Made by a program: the position numbers and the translations under genes
The notes under the pieces: generated by a model
Seen by the model: the letters and a program-made list of their open reading frames with translations, nothing else
Database searches by the model: none
Told to the model about the DNA's origin: nothing
Assembly (NCBI GenBank): GCA_003278165.1
Contig: QCGU01000002.1
Coordinates: forward strand, 2,033 to 66,032
Direction: 5' to 3'
From: Pelagibacteraceae bacterium AG-390-A02
GTDB taxonomy: Bacteria; Pseudomonadota; Alphaproteobacteria; Pelagibacterales; Pelagibacteraceae
Length of the DNA: 64,000 nt
Part shown: positions 36,541-45,394 of the stretch, in pieces
Numbering within the stretch: the first letter of the stretch is position 1
How the letters are laid out: each line of letters starts with the position of its first letter

Positions 36541-36789
36541 TTATTTTAGTTTTGTATTTTTTTTAACAGGATCAAAACCTTCGCCACCACCTAAAAATTT
36601 TATTGGGTGACAAGATAAGATTCTTTTAATACTTAAAAATGATCCTTTTAACAGACCAAATTCTTTAAGTGCATCAATACTATACTCTGAGCAAGTAGGT
36701 AAATACCTACAAGAATGTCCAAATAGAGGGCTAATCAGATATTTATAACCCCTTATAATTTTAATTAATATATTTGTAAAAATATTCAT
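36541..36789 (-). CDS. yidD: Membrane protein insertion efficiency factor YidD
   Basis: ISP...CRYLPTCSEY...RILSCHP...GFDPV. Confidence 0.95.
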   Translation of the reverse strand: MNIFTNILIKIIRGYKYLISPLFGHSCRYLPTCSEYSIDALKEFGLLKGSFLSIKRILSCHPIKFLGGGEGFDPVKKNTKLK

Positions 36790-37130
36790 TATTTTATTTT
36801 TTCAAAATCTTGAAATAGAGTTTCTTTAATTAATTTGTATTCATTATTTAGCATAGATGACTTAGCGATAACAAGGAATGAATAGTTAAAATTTATTGAT
36901 ATTTTTTTAACTGCCTCGTTTAAAATATTCCTTAATCTTCTTTTAATCTTATTTCTCTTAACTGCATTACCTAATTTCTTTTTTGTTACAAAGCTAATAT
37001 TGAGTTTTTTATTATCTTTATTCATTAATTTACCAAAGAAAATAGTTACGTACTTGTTTGAAAACTTTTTTTGTTTAAGTAAATTTTTAAATTCTTCGTT
37101 CCTTGAAAGAGCAACAATTTTGCTTTTCAT
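36789..37130 (-). CDS. rnpA: Ribonuclease P protein component
   Basis: KKLGNAVKRNKIKRRLR RNR motif; rpmH-rnpA-yidD-yidC synteny. Confidence 0.95.
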   Translation of the reverse strand: MKSKIVALSRNEEFKNLLKQKKFSNKYVTIFFGKLMNKDNKKLNISFVTKKKLGNAVKRNKIKRRLRNILNEAVKKISINFNYSFLVIAKSSMLNNEYKLIKETLFQDFEKIK

Positions 37131-37134
37131 TAAT

Positions 37135-37275
37135 TTACACTGATACGGTTAAAGATTTTCTTCCCCTGGCTCTTCTTCTAGCTAAAAGTTTCTTTCCACC
37201 TTTAGTCTTCATTTTTGATCTAAAGCCGTGTTTTCTTGCTCTTTTTTTATTTGAAGGTTGGTATGTTCTTTTCAT
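37135..37275 (-). CDS. rpmH: 50S ribosomal protein L34
   Basis: Below the ORF-track size cutoff. Manual translation: [46 protein letters not shown] (46 aa). Confidence 0.97.
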   Translation of the reverse strand: MKRTYQPSNKKRARKHGFRSKMKTKGGKKLLARRRARGRKSLTVSV

Positions 37276-37370
37276 AAATAAATTGATTAAATTTTATAAA
37301 TTTTTGCCCCTTTATATTAGCAATAATAAAAATAGCAAATAGAAGATTTAGGAATAAAATAACAATATTC

Positions 37371-38093
37371 ATGGAAAAAACAAAAAAAATTAAACTATTT
37401 ATAGGTTTATCTTACTTATTAATTGTTAGTTTATTTTTATATTTTTTCTTTTCAAAATTCAGTCTTCAGGAGATTACATCTTATGATTTTTTGAGAAATA
37501 ATAGATCTTATTTAATTGAGTTGAAGAATTCTAATTTATTTTTAGTTTCAATTACTTTTTTGATTCTAACAGTGCTTTGGGTATTTCCTTTTCTAGGCTT
37601 TGGATCTCCCGTGGCACTTATGGGTGGTTTTATTTTTGGGAAATGGATTGGAACAGTAGTTGTGGTAACTGGTTTAAGTGTAGGTGCAACTTTTTTATAT
37701 ATATTTGGAAATTATTTTTTAAGAGACTTAATTAGAGAAAAATTTCTTAATAAATTTCAAAATCTTGAAATTAAATTTAAAAAATCTGAATTTTTTTATT
37801 TGCTTGTTTATAGATTTATCGGAGGAGTTCCTTGGCAAATAAGCTGTCTATTACCAACATTATTTAACGTAAGAGTTAAAAATTTTCTATTTGCAACTTT
37901 TTTAGGAATAATACCCCAGATTTTTTTGGCAGTTTCAATTGGAAGTGGGATTGAAAAAGTAATCGATCAAAATTCAGAAGTTCCTGGAATAATGGATATT
38001 ATCTTTTCTCCAGAAATTTATGTTCCTCTTTTAGCGTTTTTTGTACTAATTGTGATTTCAATTTTTTTTAGAAAAAAATTTTACAGAAATTAA
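37371..38093 (+). CDS. TVP38/TMEM64 (VTT/DedA-like) membrane protein
   Basis: Multiple TM segments; GGFIFG...G, RFIGGVP, F..ATFLG..P. Confidence 0.85.
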   Translation: MEKTKKIKLFIGLSYLLIVSLFLYFFFSKFSLQEITSYDFLRNNRSYLIELKNSNLFLVSITFLILTVLWVFPFLGFGSPVALMGGFIFGKWIGTVVVVTGLSVGATFLYIFGNYFLRDLIREKFLNKFQNLEIKFKKSEFFYLLVYRFIGGVPWQISCLLPTLFNVRVKNFLFATFLGIIPQIFLAVSIGSGIEKVIDQNSEVPGIMDIIFSPEIYVPLLAFFVLIVISIFFRKKFYRN

Positions 38094-38167
38094 TGGTGCT
38101 CCCACCCTGTACTGACCAGGGAACTAGTCATTACCAATGACTTGTTATGCCATTTAACTACAGGAGC
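38094..38167 (-). tRNA. tRNA-Thr(GGT) with atypical T-loop
   Basis: Reverse complement folds as GCTCCTG-TA-GTTA[AATGGCA]TAAC-A-AGTCA[TTGGTAA]TGACT-AGTT-CCCTG[GTCAGTA]CAGGG-TGGGAGC-A-CCA. Confidence 0.9.
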
Positions 38168-38266
38168 TAAAATACATTTAGTAATTTATTGATAATAAAG
38201 CATTTTTTTCAAATTATTGCCTTAATTTTTTGATTATAATGATCTATATCTACAAAGAAAAATGTT

Positions 38267-38467
38267 ATGGGAATTCATTACGATTATAAATCAACAAAAG
38301 GTAACAAGCTTATGGAGAAGCAAGCTAAAAGAGAGAGAAAGCTTGCTGAAAAAAAAGCTAAACGTTTAGCTAAAGAAGGCCCAAAAAAAGAAGAACCCAC
38401 ATCAAAAACATTAGATCCTAATAAGCCAATATCGTTAGATTTTTTGACTAATCCCAACAAAGAATGA
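38267..38467 (+). CDS. Small Lys/Arg-rich hypothetical protein
   Basis: 66-aa ORF, first gene of the dcd-murA run; its TGA overlaps the next ATG (ATGA). Confidence 0.75.
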   Translation: MGIHYDYKSTKGNKLMEKQAKRERKLAEKKAKRLAKEGPKKEEPTSKTLDPNKPISLDFLTNPNKE

Positions 38468-38565
38468 GTTCTAAAGATAAAAATGAGCGTTTGAGCTTAG
38501 CTTTAAGAAAAAATCTAAAAAAGAGAAAACTATTTCAAAAAAAAAATAAAAAAAAATCTAAGTAA
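38464..38565 (+). CDS. Small basic protein (33 aa)
   Basis: Not in ORF track. [33 protein letters not shown]; coupled on both sides (ATGA and TAATG overlaps). Resembles the RL..ALR.NL.RRK small protein I recall before dcd/murA in alphaproteobacteria. Confidence 0.75.
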   Translation: MSSKDKNERLSLALRKNLKKRKLFQKKNKKKSK

Positions 38566-39125
38566 TGTCTATTCAGCCTGACTCGTGGATTAAGAAGATG
38601 TGCAAAGAACACAATATGATCGAACCATTTGTAGATCATCAAGTTGCAGAGGGAAAAATATCATATGGATTAAGTAGTATGGGTTATGATGTTAGAATTT
38701 CTGATGAATATAGAATTTTTACTAATGTAAATAATTCTTTAGTCGACCCAAAAAATTTTTCAGATGACAATTTTATAGAGAAAAAGGGACCGCATTGCAT
38801 TATTCCTCCTAACTCATTTGTTTTAGCTAAAACAGTGGAATATTTCAGAATTCCAAAAGATGTACTTTGTATATGTGTTGGTAAAAGTACTTACGCAAGA
38901 ACAGGTATAATTTGCAATGTAACTCCAATTGAAAACGAATTTGAAGGAAATATAGTTATAGAGTTAAGTAACACTACACCTAATCCAGCAAAAATTTATT
39001 CTAATGAAGGAATAGCCCAATTTTTATTTTTTAAATCAGAAACTCAACCAGAGACAACTTATAAATCTAAGAACGGTAAATACCAGGGACAAACTACTAT
39101 TCAGGTTGCTAAAATTAAAAAGTAA
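38565..39125 (+). CDS. dcd: dCTP deaminase
   Basis: [46 protein letters not shown]. Confidence 0.95.
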   Translation: MSIQPDSWIKKMCKEHNMIEPFVDHQVAEGKISYGLSSMGYDVRISDEYRIFTNVNNSLVDPKNFSDDNFIEKKGPHCIIPPNSFVLAKTVEYFRIPKDVLCICVGKSTYARTGIICNVTPIENEFEGNIVIELSNTTPNPAKIYSNEGIAQFLFFKSETQPETTYKSKNGKYQGQTTIQVAKIKK

Positions 39126-39128
39126 GTT

Positions 39129-40391
39129 ATGGACAAATTTCTGATTGATGGCCCTAGCAAAATCAAGGGCAAAGTTTCGATATCAGGTTCTAAAAATGCT
39201 TCAATACCAATATTAGCAGCTACATTACTTTTTGATTTACCGGTAACAATTCAAAACCTACCAAGAGTAAAAGATATTTCTACTATGCTTAATTTACTTA
39301 AGTCTCTTGGATCAAAAGTCGAACTTTCAAAAGATAAAAAAACTGCAAAAATTTCAAACAATAAATACATGAAAACTTTTGCAAGTTATTCATTAGTTAA
39401 AACAATGAGAGGTTCAATTTTAGTATTAGGACCCTTAGTTGCAAAATATCATAAGTCAAAAACATCATTACCAGGTGGTTGCTTAATCGGCGCAAGACCA
39501 GTTAATTATCATTTGTCAGCTTTAGAAAAACTTGGGATGAATTATGAAATTAAAGATGGTTACATTTTAGCAAAATCTTTTGGCAAACTTAAAGGTGGAT
39601 TAATTAGATTTCCTAAAATTACTGTTGGAGCAACTGAAAATTCTATTATTGCCGCATGCTTGGCAAAAGGAAAAACAGTATTAAAAAACTGTGCTGTTGA
39701 GCCAGAAATAAAAGACCTTACTAATTTTCTTAATTCGGCTGGTGCAAAAATTAATTGGAAAGGAAGAACGTGTATTATTAACGGAGTAAGTACTTTAAAA
39801 AAAACAAATTATTCTGTGATGGCTGATAGAATTGAAGCTGGTACTTTTTGTGTAGCAGCAACTCTAGCTAAAGGGAATTTAGAAATTAACAATTTAAATC
39901 CAAAAATAATAAATACAGAACTTAATTTATTAAAAAAAACGGGAGCCAAAATAAAAGTAAGCAAAAATAAAATTCATATTAATGGACCAGAAAAAATTAA
40001 GTCTATTAAAAATATTAGAACAAAAGAGTTTCCTGGAATTCCAACAGATCTACAGGCACAATTAATGGTTTTAATGTGTAAAGCAAAAGGAAAAAGTTCA
40101 ATCACAGAGAATATTTTTGAAAATAGATTTATGCATGTTGCTGAATTACAGAGATTGGGTGCAAATATTACGACTAAAAATAATAAAGCTTATATTGAGG
40201 GTAATACGAAATTTATTGGTGCAGAAGTTATGTCTAGTGATCTAAGAGCATCAGTGGCACTTGTCTTAGCAGCTTCAGTAGCACAAGGGAAATCTGTAAT
40301 TAATAGGATTTATCATTTAGATCGTGGTTATGAAAAAATAGAAAATAAATTAAAAAATATTGGTGTTAAAATAAAAAGATTAAAAAGATGA
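39129..40391 (+). CDS. murA: UDP-N-acetylglucosamine 1-carboxyvinyltransferase
   Basis: GSKNA, LPGGCLIGARP, VGATEN, DRIEAGT, PTDLQAQ, DLRAS, LDRGYE. Confidence 0.97.
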   Translation: MDKFLIDGPSKIKGKVSISGSKNASIPILAATLLFDLPVTIQNLPRVKDISTMLNLLKSLGSKVELSKDKKTAKISNNKYMKTFASYSLVKTMRGSILVLGPLVAKYHKSKTSLPGGCLIGARPVNYHLSALEKLGMNYEIKDGYILAKSFGKLKGGLIRFPKITVGATENSIIAACLAKGKTVLKNCAVEPEIKDLTNFLNSAGAKINWKGRTCIINGVSTLKKTNYSVMADRIEAGTFCVAATLAKGNLEINNLNPKIINTELNLLKKTGAKIKVSKNKIHINGPEKIKSIKNIRTKEFPGIPTDLQAQLMVLMCKAKGKSSITENIFENRFMHVAELQRLGANITTKNNKAYIEGNTKFIGAEVMSSDLRASVALVLAASVAQGKSVINRIYHLDRGYEKIENKLKNIGVKIKRLKR

Positions 40392-40780
40392 ACAAATATT
40401 TAGCCAAAATTATTGCTACAGACAAAGAGGGATTACAAATGATTTCAGCTTGTAGTTCAGGAGCCAAAGTTAAAGTTTCAGATATTAAGTATCTAGAAAC
40501 TAATAAAGTATTTTTATTATCAATTGAGCGTATTAAAGTAGAAAATGAAAATGACGATAAAAAAGTCAATAGTATCTGCAGGTTTGATTTTGTTGATAAG
40601 GTAAAGTCAAAAAATATTGATCAATCAAATCAAGAATTGGTTTTAGAATTAGTAGGAATAGATTATTTGAAAAATAGCGATGTTTATGAAATAAATCTCT
40701 TTTTTAGTAATAATGCTCATATTGCTTTAACCGCTGAAACGATTGAAGCAATATTAGAGGATCAAAGCGAAATAAATTAG
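40388..40780 (+). CDS. DUF2948-like protein
   Basis: 130 aa between murA and hisD, the usual position of DUF2948; L.MISA and C-terminal L..E.IEA.LED pattern. Confidence 0.75.
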   Translation: MNKYLAKIIATDKEGLQMISACSSGAKVKVSDIKYLETNKVFLLSIERIKVENENDDKKVNSICRFDFVDKVKSKNIDQSNQELVLELVGIDYLKNSDVYEINLFFSNNAHIALTAETIEAILEDQSEIN

Positions 40781-40782
40781 AG

Positions 40783-42066
40783 ATGAAGGTTTTAGATAGC
40801 AGTAAGAAAAATTTTGACAAATTATTAGATAATTTGTTAATGCAAAGAAAGAGAAAAGTTCAATCAAGTTCTGTTTCAGTCACTAACATTATTAAAGATG
40901 TTAAAAAAAATGGTGATAAAGCCTTACTAAAATATGAGAAAAAATTTAATAAAAACTTAGTAATTAAGCCTAGCTCAAATCAAATTCAAAAATCAATTCA
41001 ATCATTAAATCCCATTGTAAAAAAATCTATCGATACAGCTTACAACAGGATTTATAAATTTCATTCATTACAAAAATTTAAAAATATTTCCTATACTGAT
41101 AAATTTAAAAATAAACTTGAATATAAATATTTACCATTAGACTCGGTTGCAATTTATGTGCCTGGTTCAACTGCATCCTATCCATCTAGTGTATTAATGA
41201 ATGCAATCCCAGCTATTGTTGCTGGTGTAAAAAGAATAGTTATGATTAACCCAGGCTATAAAGGAAAACAAAATCCTGCAGTATTATATGCTGCTAAAAA
41301 ATGTAAAATTAAGGAAATTTATTCAATTGGTGGACCATCTGCTATTGCTGCGGTTTCTTATGGAACAAAAAAAATTAAAAAAGTTGATAAAATTGTGGGG
41401 CCTGGGAATGCTTACGTTGCAGCTGCAAAAAAAGAAGTTTTTGGAGATGTTGGAATTGAGGGTATGACCGCTGGCCCTTCTGAAGTTACGATAGTTTGTG
41501 ACAAGTATTCAAATCCAGAATGGGTTGCAAGTGATTTAATAGGCCAAGCAGAACATGATGATCTTGCACAGTGCATATTAATTTCAAAAGATAAAAACTT
41601 ATTAGATAAAGTTAAAACTGAAATATTTAAACAATTAAAAGAAATTCCTAGAGAATCTATTGCGAAAAGAAGTTTGCAAAATTATGGAATTTTAATGTAT
41701 GTAAATTCAGATAAAAAAATTATCAATATTGTTAACAAAATAGCTCCGGAACATTTAGAGTTAAATGTTAAAAACTATAAATCTTTTGTTTCAAAAATAA
41801 AAAATTCAGGATCAATTTGTTTAGGTAAATATGCCGTTATGGCTATGACAGATTATAATGTGGGTTCAAACCATGTTTTACCAACTAACGGATCAGCAAA
41901 ATACTCGAGTGGTATAAGTGTAAACGAATTCTTCAAAAGAATTTCATATATAAACCTATCAAAAAAGGGTATTGAAAGTCTTGGACCATCAGTTATAACA
42001 CTTGCAAATTATGAAGGCCTGGTTGGGCATGCTCAATCAGTATTAAAAAGAATAAGGAGAAAATAA
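40783..42066 (+). CDS. hisD: Histidinol dehydrogenase
   Basis: [49 protein letters not shown]. Confidence 0.96.
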   Translation: MKVLDSSKKNFDKLLDNLLMQRKRKVQSSSVSVTNIIKDVKKNGDKALLKYEKKFNKNLVIKPSSNQIQKSIQSLNPIVKKSIDTAYNRIYKFHSLQKFKNISYTDKFKNKLEYKYLPLDSVAIYVPGSTASYPSSVLMNAIPAIVAGVKRIVMINPGYKGKQNPAVLYAAKKCKIKEIYSIGGPSAIAAVSYGTKKIKKVDKIVGPGNAYVAAAKKEVFGDVGIEGMTAGPSEVTIVCDKYSNPEWVASDLIGQAEHDDLAQCILISKDKNLLDKVKTEIFKQLKEIPRESIAKRSLQNYGILMYVNSDKKIINIVNKIAPEHLELNVKNYKSFVSKIKNSGSICLGKYAVMAMTDYNVGSNHVLPTNGSAKYSSGISVNEFFKRISYINLSKKGIESLGPSVITLANYEGLVGHAQSVLKRIRRK

Positions 42067-42068
42067 AT

Positions 42069-42284
42069 TTGTCAAAACAAGACTTACTTGAATTCAAGGG
42101 GACTGTGATAGACCTACTTCCGAATGCAATGTTTAGAGTTAAGCTAGAGAATGGTCATACGGTTACAGCTCACACAGCAGGTAAGTTAAGAAAAAACAGA
42201 ATTAGAGTTCTTCAAGGTGACAATGTAACTGTGGAGATGACACCTTACGATCTTACTAAAGGAAGAATTATCTTTAGAGGATAA
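42069..42284 (+). CDS. infA: Translation initiation factor IF-1
   Basis: [13 protein letters not shown]...[21 protein letters not shown]; TTG start. Confidence 0.97.
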   Translation: MSKQDLLEFKGTVIDLLPNAMFRVKLENGHTVTAHTAGKLRKNRIRVLQGDNVTVEMTPYDLTKGRIIFRG

Positions 42285-42288
42285 ATAA

Positions 42289-42363
42289 GGCTGAGTAGCT
42301 CAGGAGTAGAGCAGAGCCCTGAAAAGGCTTGTGTCGGAGGTGCGAATCCTTCCTCAGCCACCA
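42289..42363 (+). tRNA. tRNA-Phe(GAA) with A18/G55 elbow
   Basis: GGCTGAG-TA-GCTC[AGGAGTA]GAGC-A-GAGCC[CTGAAAA]GGCTT-GTGTC-GGAGG[TGCGAAT]CCTTC-CTCAGCC-A-CCA. Confidence 0.93.
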
Positions 42364-42444
42364 CCACGAAGTTTGATCTTGAAATACCTGTAAAAGAAAT
42401 TAACTTAATCAATATAATAAATAACAAAAGGACGAAGAAATAAG

Positions 42445-42657
42445 ATGAGTACACTACAAGGTAAAATAAAATGGTATAATGGTAAAAAGGGATATGGCTT
42501 TATAGAGAGAGACGACAAAGAGAAAGATGCCTTTGTACATGCTTCAGCCGTAAAAGCTGCTGGAATGAGATTTCTTAATGAAGGTGATAAACTTGAATTC
42601 ACATTAGAAGACGGTCCTAAAGGTCCTTCTGCAGTAAATTTAAAAAAAATAGACTAA
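42445..42657 (+). CDS. Cold-shock domain protein (CspA family)
   Basis: GKIKWYN..KGYGFI (RNP1), DAFVHAS (RNP2), GPKGPSAVNL; SD-like AAGGA upstream. Confidence 0.96.
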   Translation: MSTLQGKIKWYNGKKGYGFIERDDKEKDAFVHASAVKAAGMRFLNEGDKLEFTLEDGPKGPSAVNLKKID

Positions 42658-42673
42658 TTTTCGTAAAATTTAT

Positions 42674-42720
42674 AAAGGACGTTTCTTCTACATTTAGTAG
42701 ATTAACGTCCTTTTTTTATT
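42674..42720 (+). terminator. Intrinsic terminator of the csp gene
   Basis: AAAGGACGTT (42674-83) pairs with AACGTCCTTT (42704-13), with an inner CTAC/GTAG stem, followed by a T-run. Confidence 0.8.
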
Positions 42721-42726
42721 TAAGCC

Positions 42727-42754
42727 TTGAATATTAATAATTTTTGTCTAAAAC
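42727..42754 (+). promoter_or_regulatory. Putative sigma70 promoter for the His leader/tRNA-His/hisSZG unit
   Basis: TTGAAT, 16-nt spacer, TAAAAC; predicted start about 42761-62, coinciding with the leader ATG. Confidence 0.5.
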
Positions 42755-42761
42755 GCTGCTC

Positions 42762-42830
42762 ATGAATATAAATATTACATACAGAATTGCTTATATAAGT
42801 ACTCACAGAAACTGTTTCCATAGCCATTAG
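42762..42830 (+). CDS. Putative His leader peptide (22 aa)
   Basis: MNINITYRIAYISTHRNCFHSH*; 3 His in the last 8 codons, directly upstream of tRNA-His-hisS-hisZ-hisG. Confidence 0.6.
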   Translation: MNINITYRIAYISTHRNCFHSH

Positions 42831-42841
42831 GCTATTTATTT
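42820..42841 (+). terminator. Small terminator-like hairpin overlapping the leader's last His codons and stop
   Basis: ATAGCC-ATTA-GGCTAT 6-bp stem followed by TTATTT. Confidence 0.4.
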
Positions 42842-42890
42842 ATATTATAATTTTCATTCCACATAAAATAAGATAATAACTAAAGGATAA

Positions 42891-42964
42891 GCTTTGGTGG
42901 TGAAATAGTATCACGTCGGTTTGTGGATCCGAAGTCGTAGGAGCGTAACCTACCCAAAGTACCA
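42891..42964 (+). tRNA. tRNA-His(GTG), alphaproteobacterial type lacking G-1 (A73, G1:U72)
   Basis: GCTTTGG-TG-GTGA[AATAGTA]TCAC-G-TCGGT[TTGTGGA]TCCGA-AGTC-GTAGG[AGCGTAA]CCTAC-CCAAAGT-A-CCA; the preceding base 42890 is A. Confidence 0.92.
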
Positions 42965-42969
42965 CTAAA

Positions 42970-44364
42970 ATGGAAAAAAATAAAAAACTCAATCCTTCCT
43001 TACCATCTGGATTTGAAGATCGTTGGAATAAAAAGTTAGTTTTAAAAAAACAACTTTTAAAAGTGATTGAAAAAAATTTTTTAAAATTTGGAGCTGAACC
43101 ATTAGAGACACCTTCTTTTGAGATCAGCGAAAATATTGGTTCGTTTTTAGCAGAGGACGAGGATAACCCTATGTCTGATGTATTCTCATTCAAAGATGGC
43201 GACAAAAATATTACACTTAGATATGATCTATCTAGTCCTTTAGCTAGATTTGTTGCTCAAAACAACCAAGAGCTTCCATCAATTTACAAAAGATATGCAA
43301 TTCAGAATGTTTTTAGAAATGAAAAAGCAGGAAATGGAAGATACAGAGAATTCATGCAGGCTGATTTTGATATTGTTGGAAATGTTAATTCAGCCCAAGC
43401 TAATGCAGAACTTTGTAATTTAATCTCAAGTACACTCTTAGATTGTGGTTTGAACAAAGATCAATTCACAATCAATATTAGTAACAGAAAAATAGTACAA
43501 GGTTTAATTGATGATTTAAAAATATCTGAAGATAAGCAATTAAAAGTAATTAGAGCTATTGATAAATTAGACAAACCTGGATTTGGTTTAAAAGGTGTTG
43601 AGGATCTTCTTAGAAAGGAGAGAAAAGATGTAAGTGGCGCAGTTACAAAAGGTGCCGATCTTACTGATGAACAAGCATCACAAATATTAAATTTCTTAAA
43701 AATAAAAGACTTAAAACAATTAAAAGAAAATTTAAAAAATCCATTGTCTCAGGAAGGAATTAAAGAGTTAGAGGACGTTTTTGAAATTTTAGGATTTGGT
43801 TCTAATTTAGATCAAGTACAAACAAATTTTACTATTGTAAGAGGTTTAGCTTATTATTCTGATTTTATTGTTGAAACTAACTTAAATTTTAAAGTTACAA
43901 ATAATAAAGAAAAAGAAGTTGATATTGGCAGCATTTGTTCGGGAGGGTCTTATGCTAAACTTATCTCGAGATTTAAAGGGGTAGATATTCCAGGTACAGG
44001 GATTAGTTTTGGTGTGGATAGATTGTTATTTGCACTTTTACAATTAGATCAGATTAAGTTGGATGATCAAAAGCCTGTTTTAGTCTGTGTGATGGATGAA
44101 AAATATCTTAAAAATTATTACGAAATTGTAGATCAATTAAGAGAAAATAACATTAATGCAGAAATATTTTTAGATACAAAGAAAAATTTAGGTAAGCAAT
44201 TAACCTTAGCAAATAAGCGTGAATTAAATGTAGCAGTTATATGTGGTGACAATGAATTTAATGAAGGCACAGTAACTATAAAAAATCTTAAAGGTGTTAA
44301 AGGTGAAAATAACAAAACATTTCCAAAATCAAATTTAATAGATGAAATCAAAAAACTTATCTGA
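42970..44364 (+). CDS. hisS: Histidine--tRNA ligase
   Basis: LRYDL..PLAR, FRNEK...GRYREF.Q.D.D, IVRGLAYY, GISFGVDRL; starts 5 nt after the tRNA-His CCA. Confidence 0.96.
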   Translation: MEKNKKLNPSLPSGFEDRWNKKLVLKKQLLKVIEKNFLKFGAEPLETPSFEISENIGSFLAEDEDNPMSDVFSFKDGDKNITLRYDLSSPLARFVAQNNQELPSIYKRYAIQNVFRNEKAGNGRYREFMQADFDIVGNVNSAQANAELCNLISSTLLDCGLNKDQFTINISNRKIVQGLIDDLKISEDKQLKVIRAIDKLDKPGFGLKGVEDLLRKERKDVSGAVTKGADLTDEQASQILNFLKIKDLKQLKENLKNPLSQEGIKELEDVFEILGFGSNLDQVQTNFTIVRGLAYYSDFIVETNLNFKVTNNKEKEVDIGSICSGGSYAKLISRFKGVDIPGTGISFGVDRLLFALLQLDQIKLDDQKPVLVCVMDEKYLKNYYEIVDQLRENNINAEIFLDTKKNLGKQLTLANKRELNVAVICGDNEFNEGTVTIKNLKGVKGENNKTFPKSNLIDEIKKLI

Positions 44365-45394
44365 AAATATTCTTAGATCAGTTAAATCTAAGGGTTACAA
44401 ATATATAGATTTACCCTCAGTTATAGAGGCCAATCATATTGTTCAAAGGTCAGGTGAAAACTTTAGAAAATTTATTTTTTCATTTACTGATCAAAATGGA
44501 AGTGAGTTATGTCTTAGACCAGATTTAACAATTGCATCTTGCTTAAGATACTTAGAAAATAATTTAAAAGGAAAAGAAAAAATTTTCTATAGTGGTCAAG
44601 CTTATAGAAAATCTGAAAATAAAACTGATTCTATTATTCGAGATCAAATTGGATTTGAAATTTTAGGTTCTAAAGATGAAAAAAACGACGACAAGGAAAT
44701 TATCAATACCTCACTAAAATCTCTTCAAAATATTAAATATTCTTCAGGTAAATTAACAATAGGAAATGTTGAGATATTTAATTTGTTAATTTCAAAACTA
44801 GATATTCCGAAAAGATGGAAGTTAAGATTATCAAGACATTTTTGGAGAGAAGATTACTTTAATGATCTTTTAAAAAGATTAGAGACAAACTCTGATGTAG
44901 ATCCAACTATAGTTGAAATAGATAAAAAGCGTTATTTAAAAATGCTAAAAGAAGATTTGTCAAATGTGATTGCTAGTAGAACTATTAATGAGATATTAAA
45001 TCGATTTGATAACAAAATTAAAGATCCAAGAAGAGCTAGTAAAGGTAAAGGTGTTTCAAAAATTATTAAAGACTTCTTAAAAATCAAATGCCCAATCAAT
45101 GAGGCCGCATCTGAGTTAAATAAATTTTTTAAGAAATATAGAATTAATTTGGTGGTTGATCAAAGATATTTTCCTATCTCTAACAACAAAGTTTCAAAAC
45201 TAAATGTAGTATTTTCAACTTCTTTTGGAAGACAATTGGAATATTACACAGGAATGGTTTTTAAAATTGATGTCAAATCAAAAAATAAATTAAAAAATAT
45301 TATTAATGGCGGTCGCTATGATAGATTAATTTCTGATCTTGGGTCAAAAAAACAAATTCCAGCAGTTGGGGCTGCATTAAATTTAAATTATTAA
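44342..45394 (+). CDS. hisZ: ATP phosphoribosyltransferase regulatory subunit
   Basis: CLRPDLTI, QIGFE, FGRQLEYYTG.VF, GGRYD; lies between hisS and a short hisG. Confidence 0.92.
   Translation: MKSKNLSENILRSVKSKGYKYIDLPSVIEANHIVQRSGENFRKFIFSFTDQNGSELCLRPDLTIASCLRYLENNLKGKEKIFYSGQAYRKSENKTDSIIRDQIGFEILGSKDEKNDDKEIINTSLKSLQNIKYSSGKLTIGNVEIFNLLISKLDIPKRWKLRLSRHFWREDYFNDLLKRLETNSDVDPTIVEIDKKRYLKMLKEDLSNVIASRTINEILNRFDNKIKDPRRASKGKGVSKIIKDFLKIKCPINEAASELNKFFKKYRINLVVDQRYFPISNNKVSKLNVVFSTSFGRQLEYYTGMVFKIDVKSKNKLKNIINGGRYDRLISDLGSKKQIPAVGAALNLNY

Noticed and set aside
37103-37342. 79-aa plus-strand ORF
   Set aside because: It is the antisense shadow of rpmH (37135-37275, minus strand).
42361-42366. 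Encoded CCACCA after tRNA-Phe, resembling the CCACCA decay tag
   Set aside because: The acceptor stem is fully paired and the extra CCA is most simply trailer removed by 3' trimming; a 3-nt coincidence.
42245-42602. Two minus-strand ORFs (69 and 65 aa)
   Set aside because: Antisense to infA, tRNA-Phe and the csp gene.
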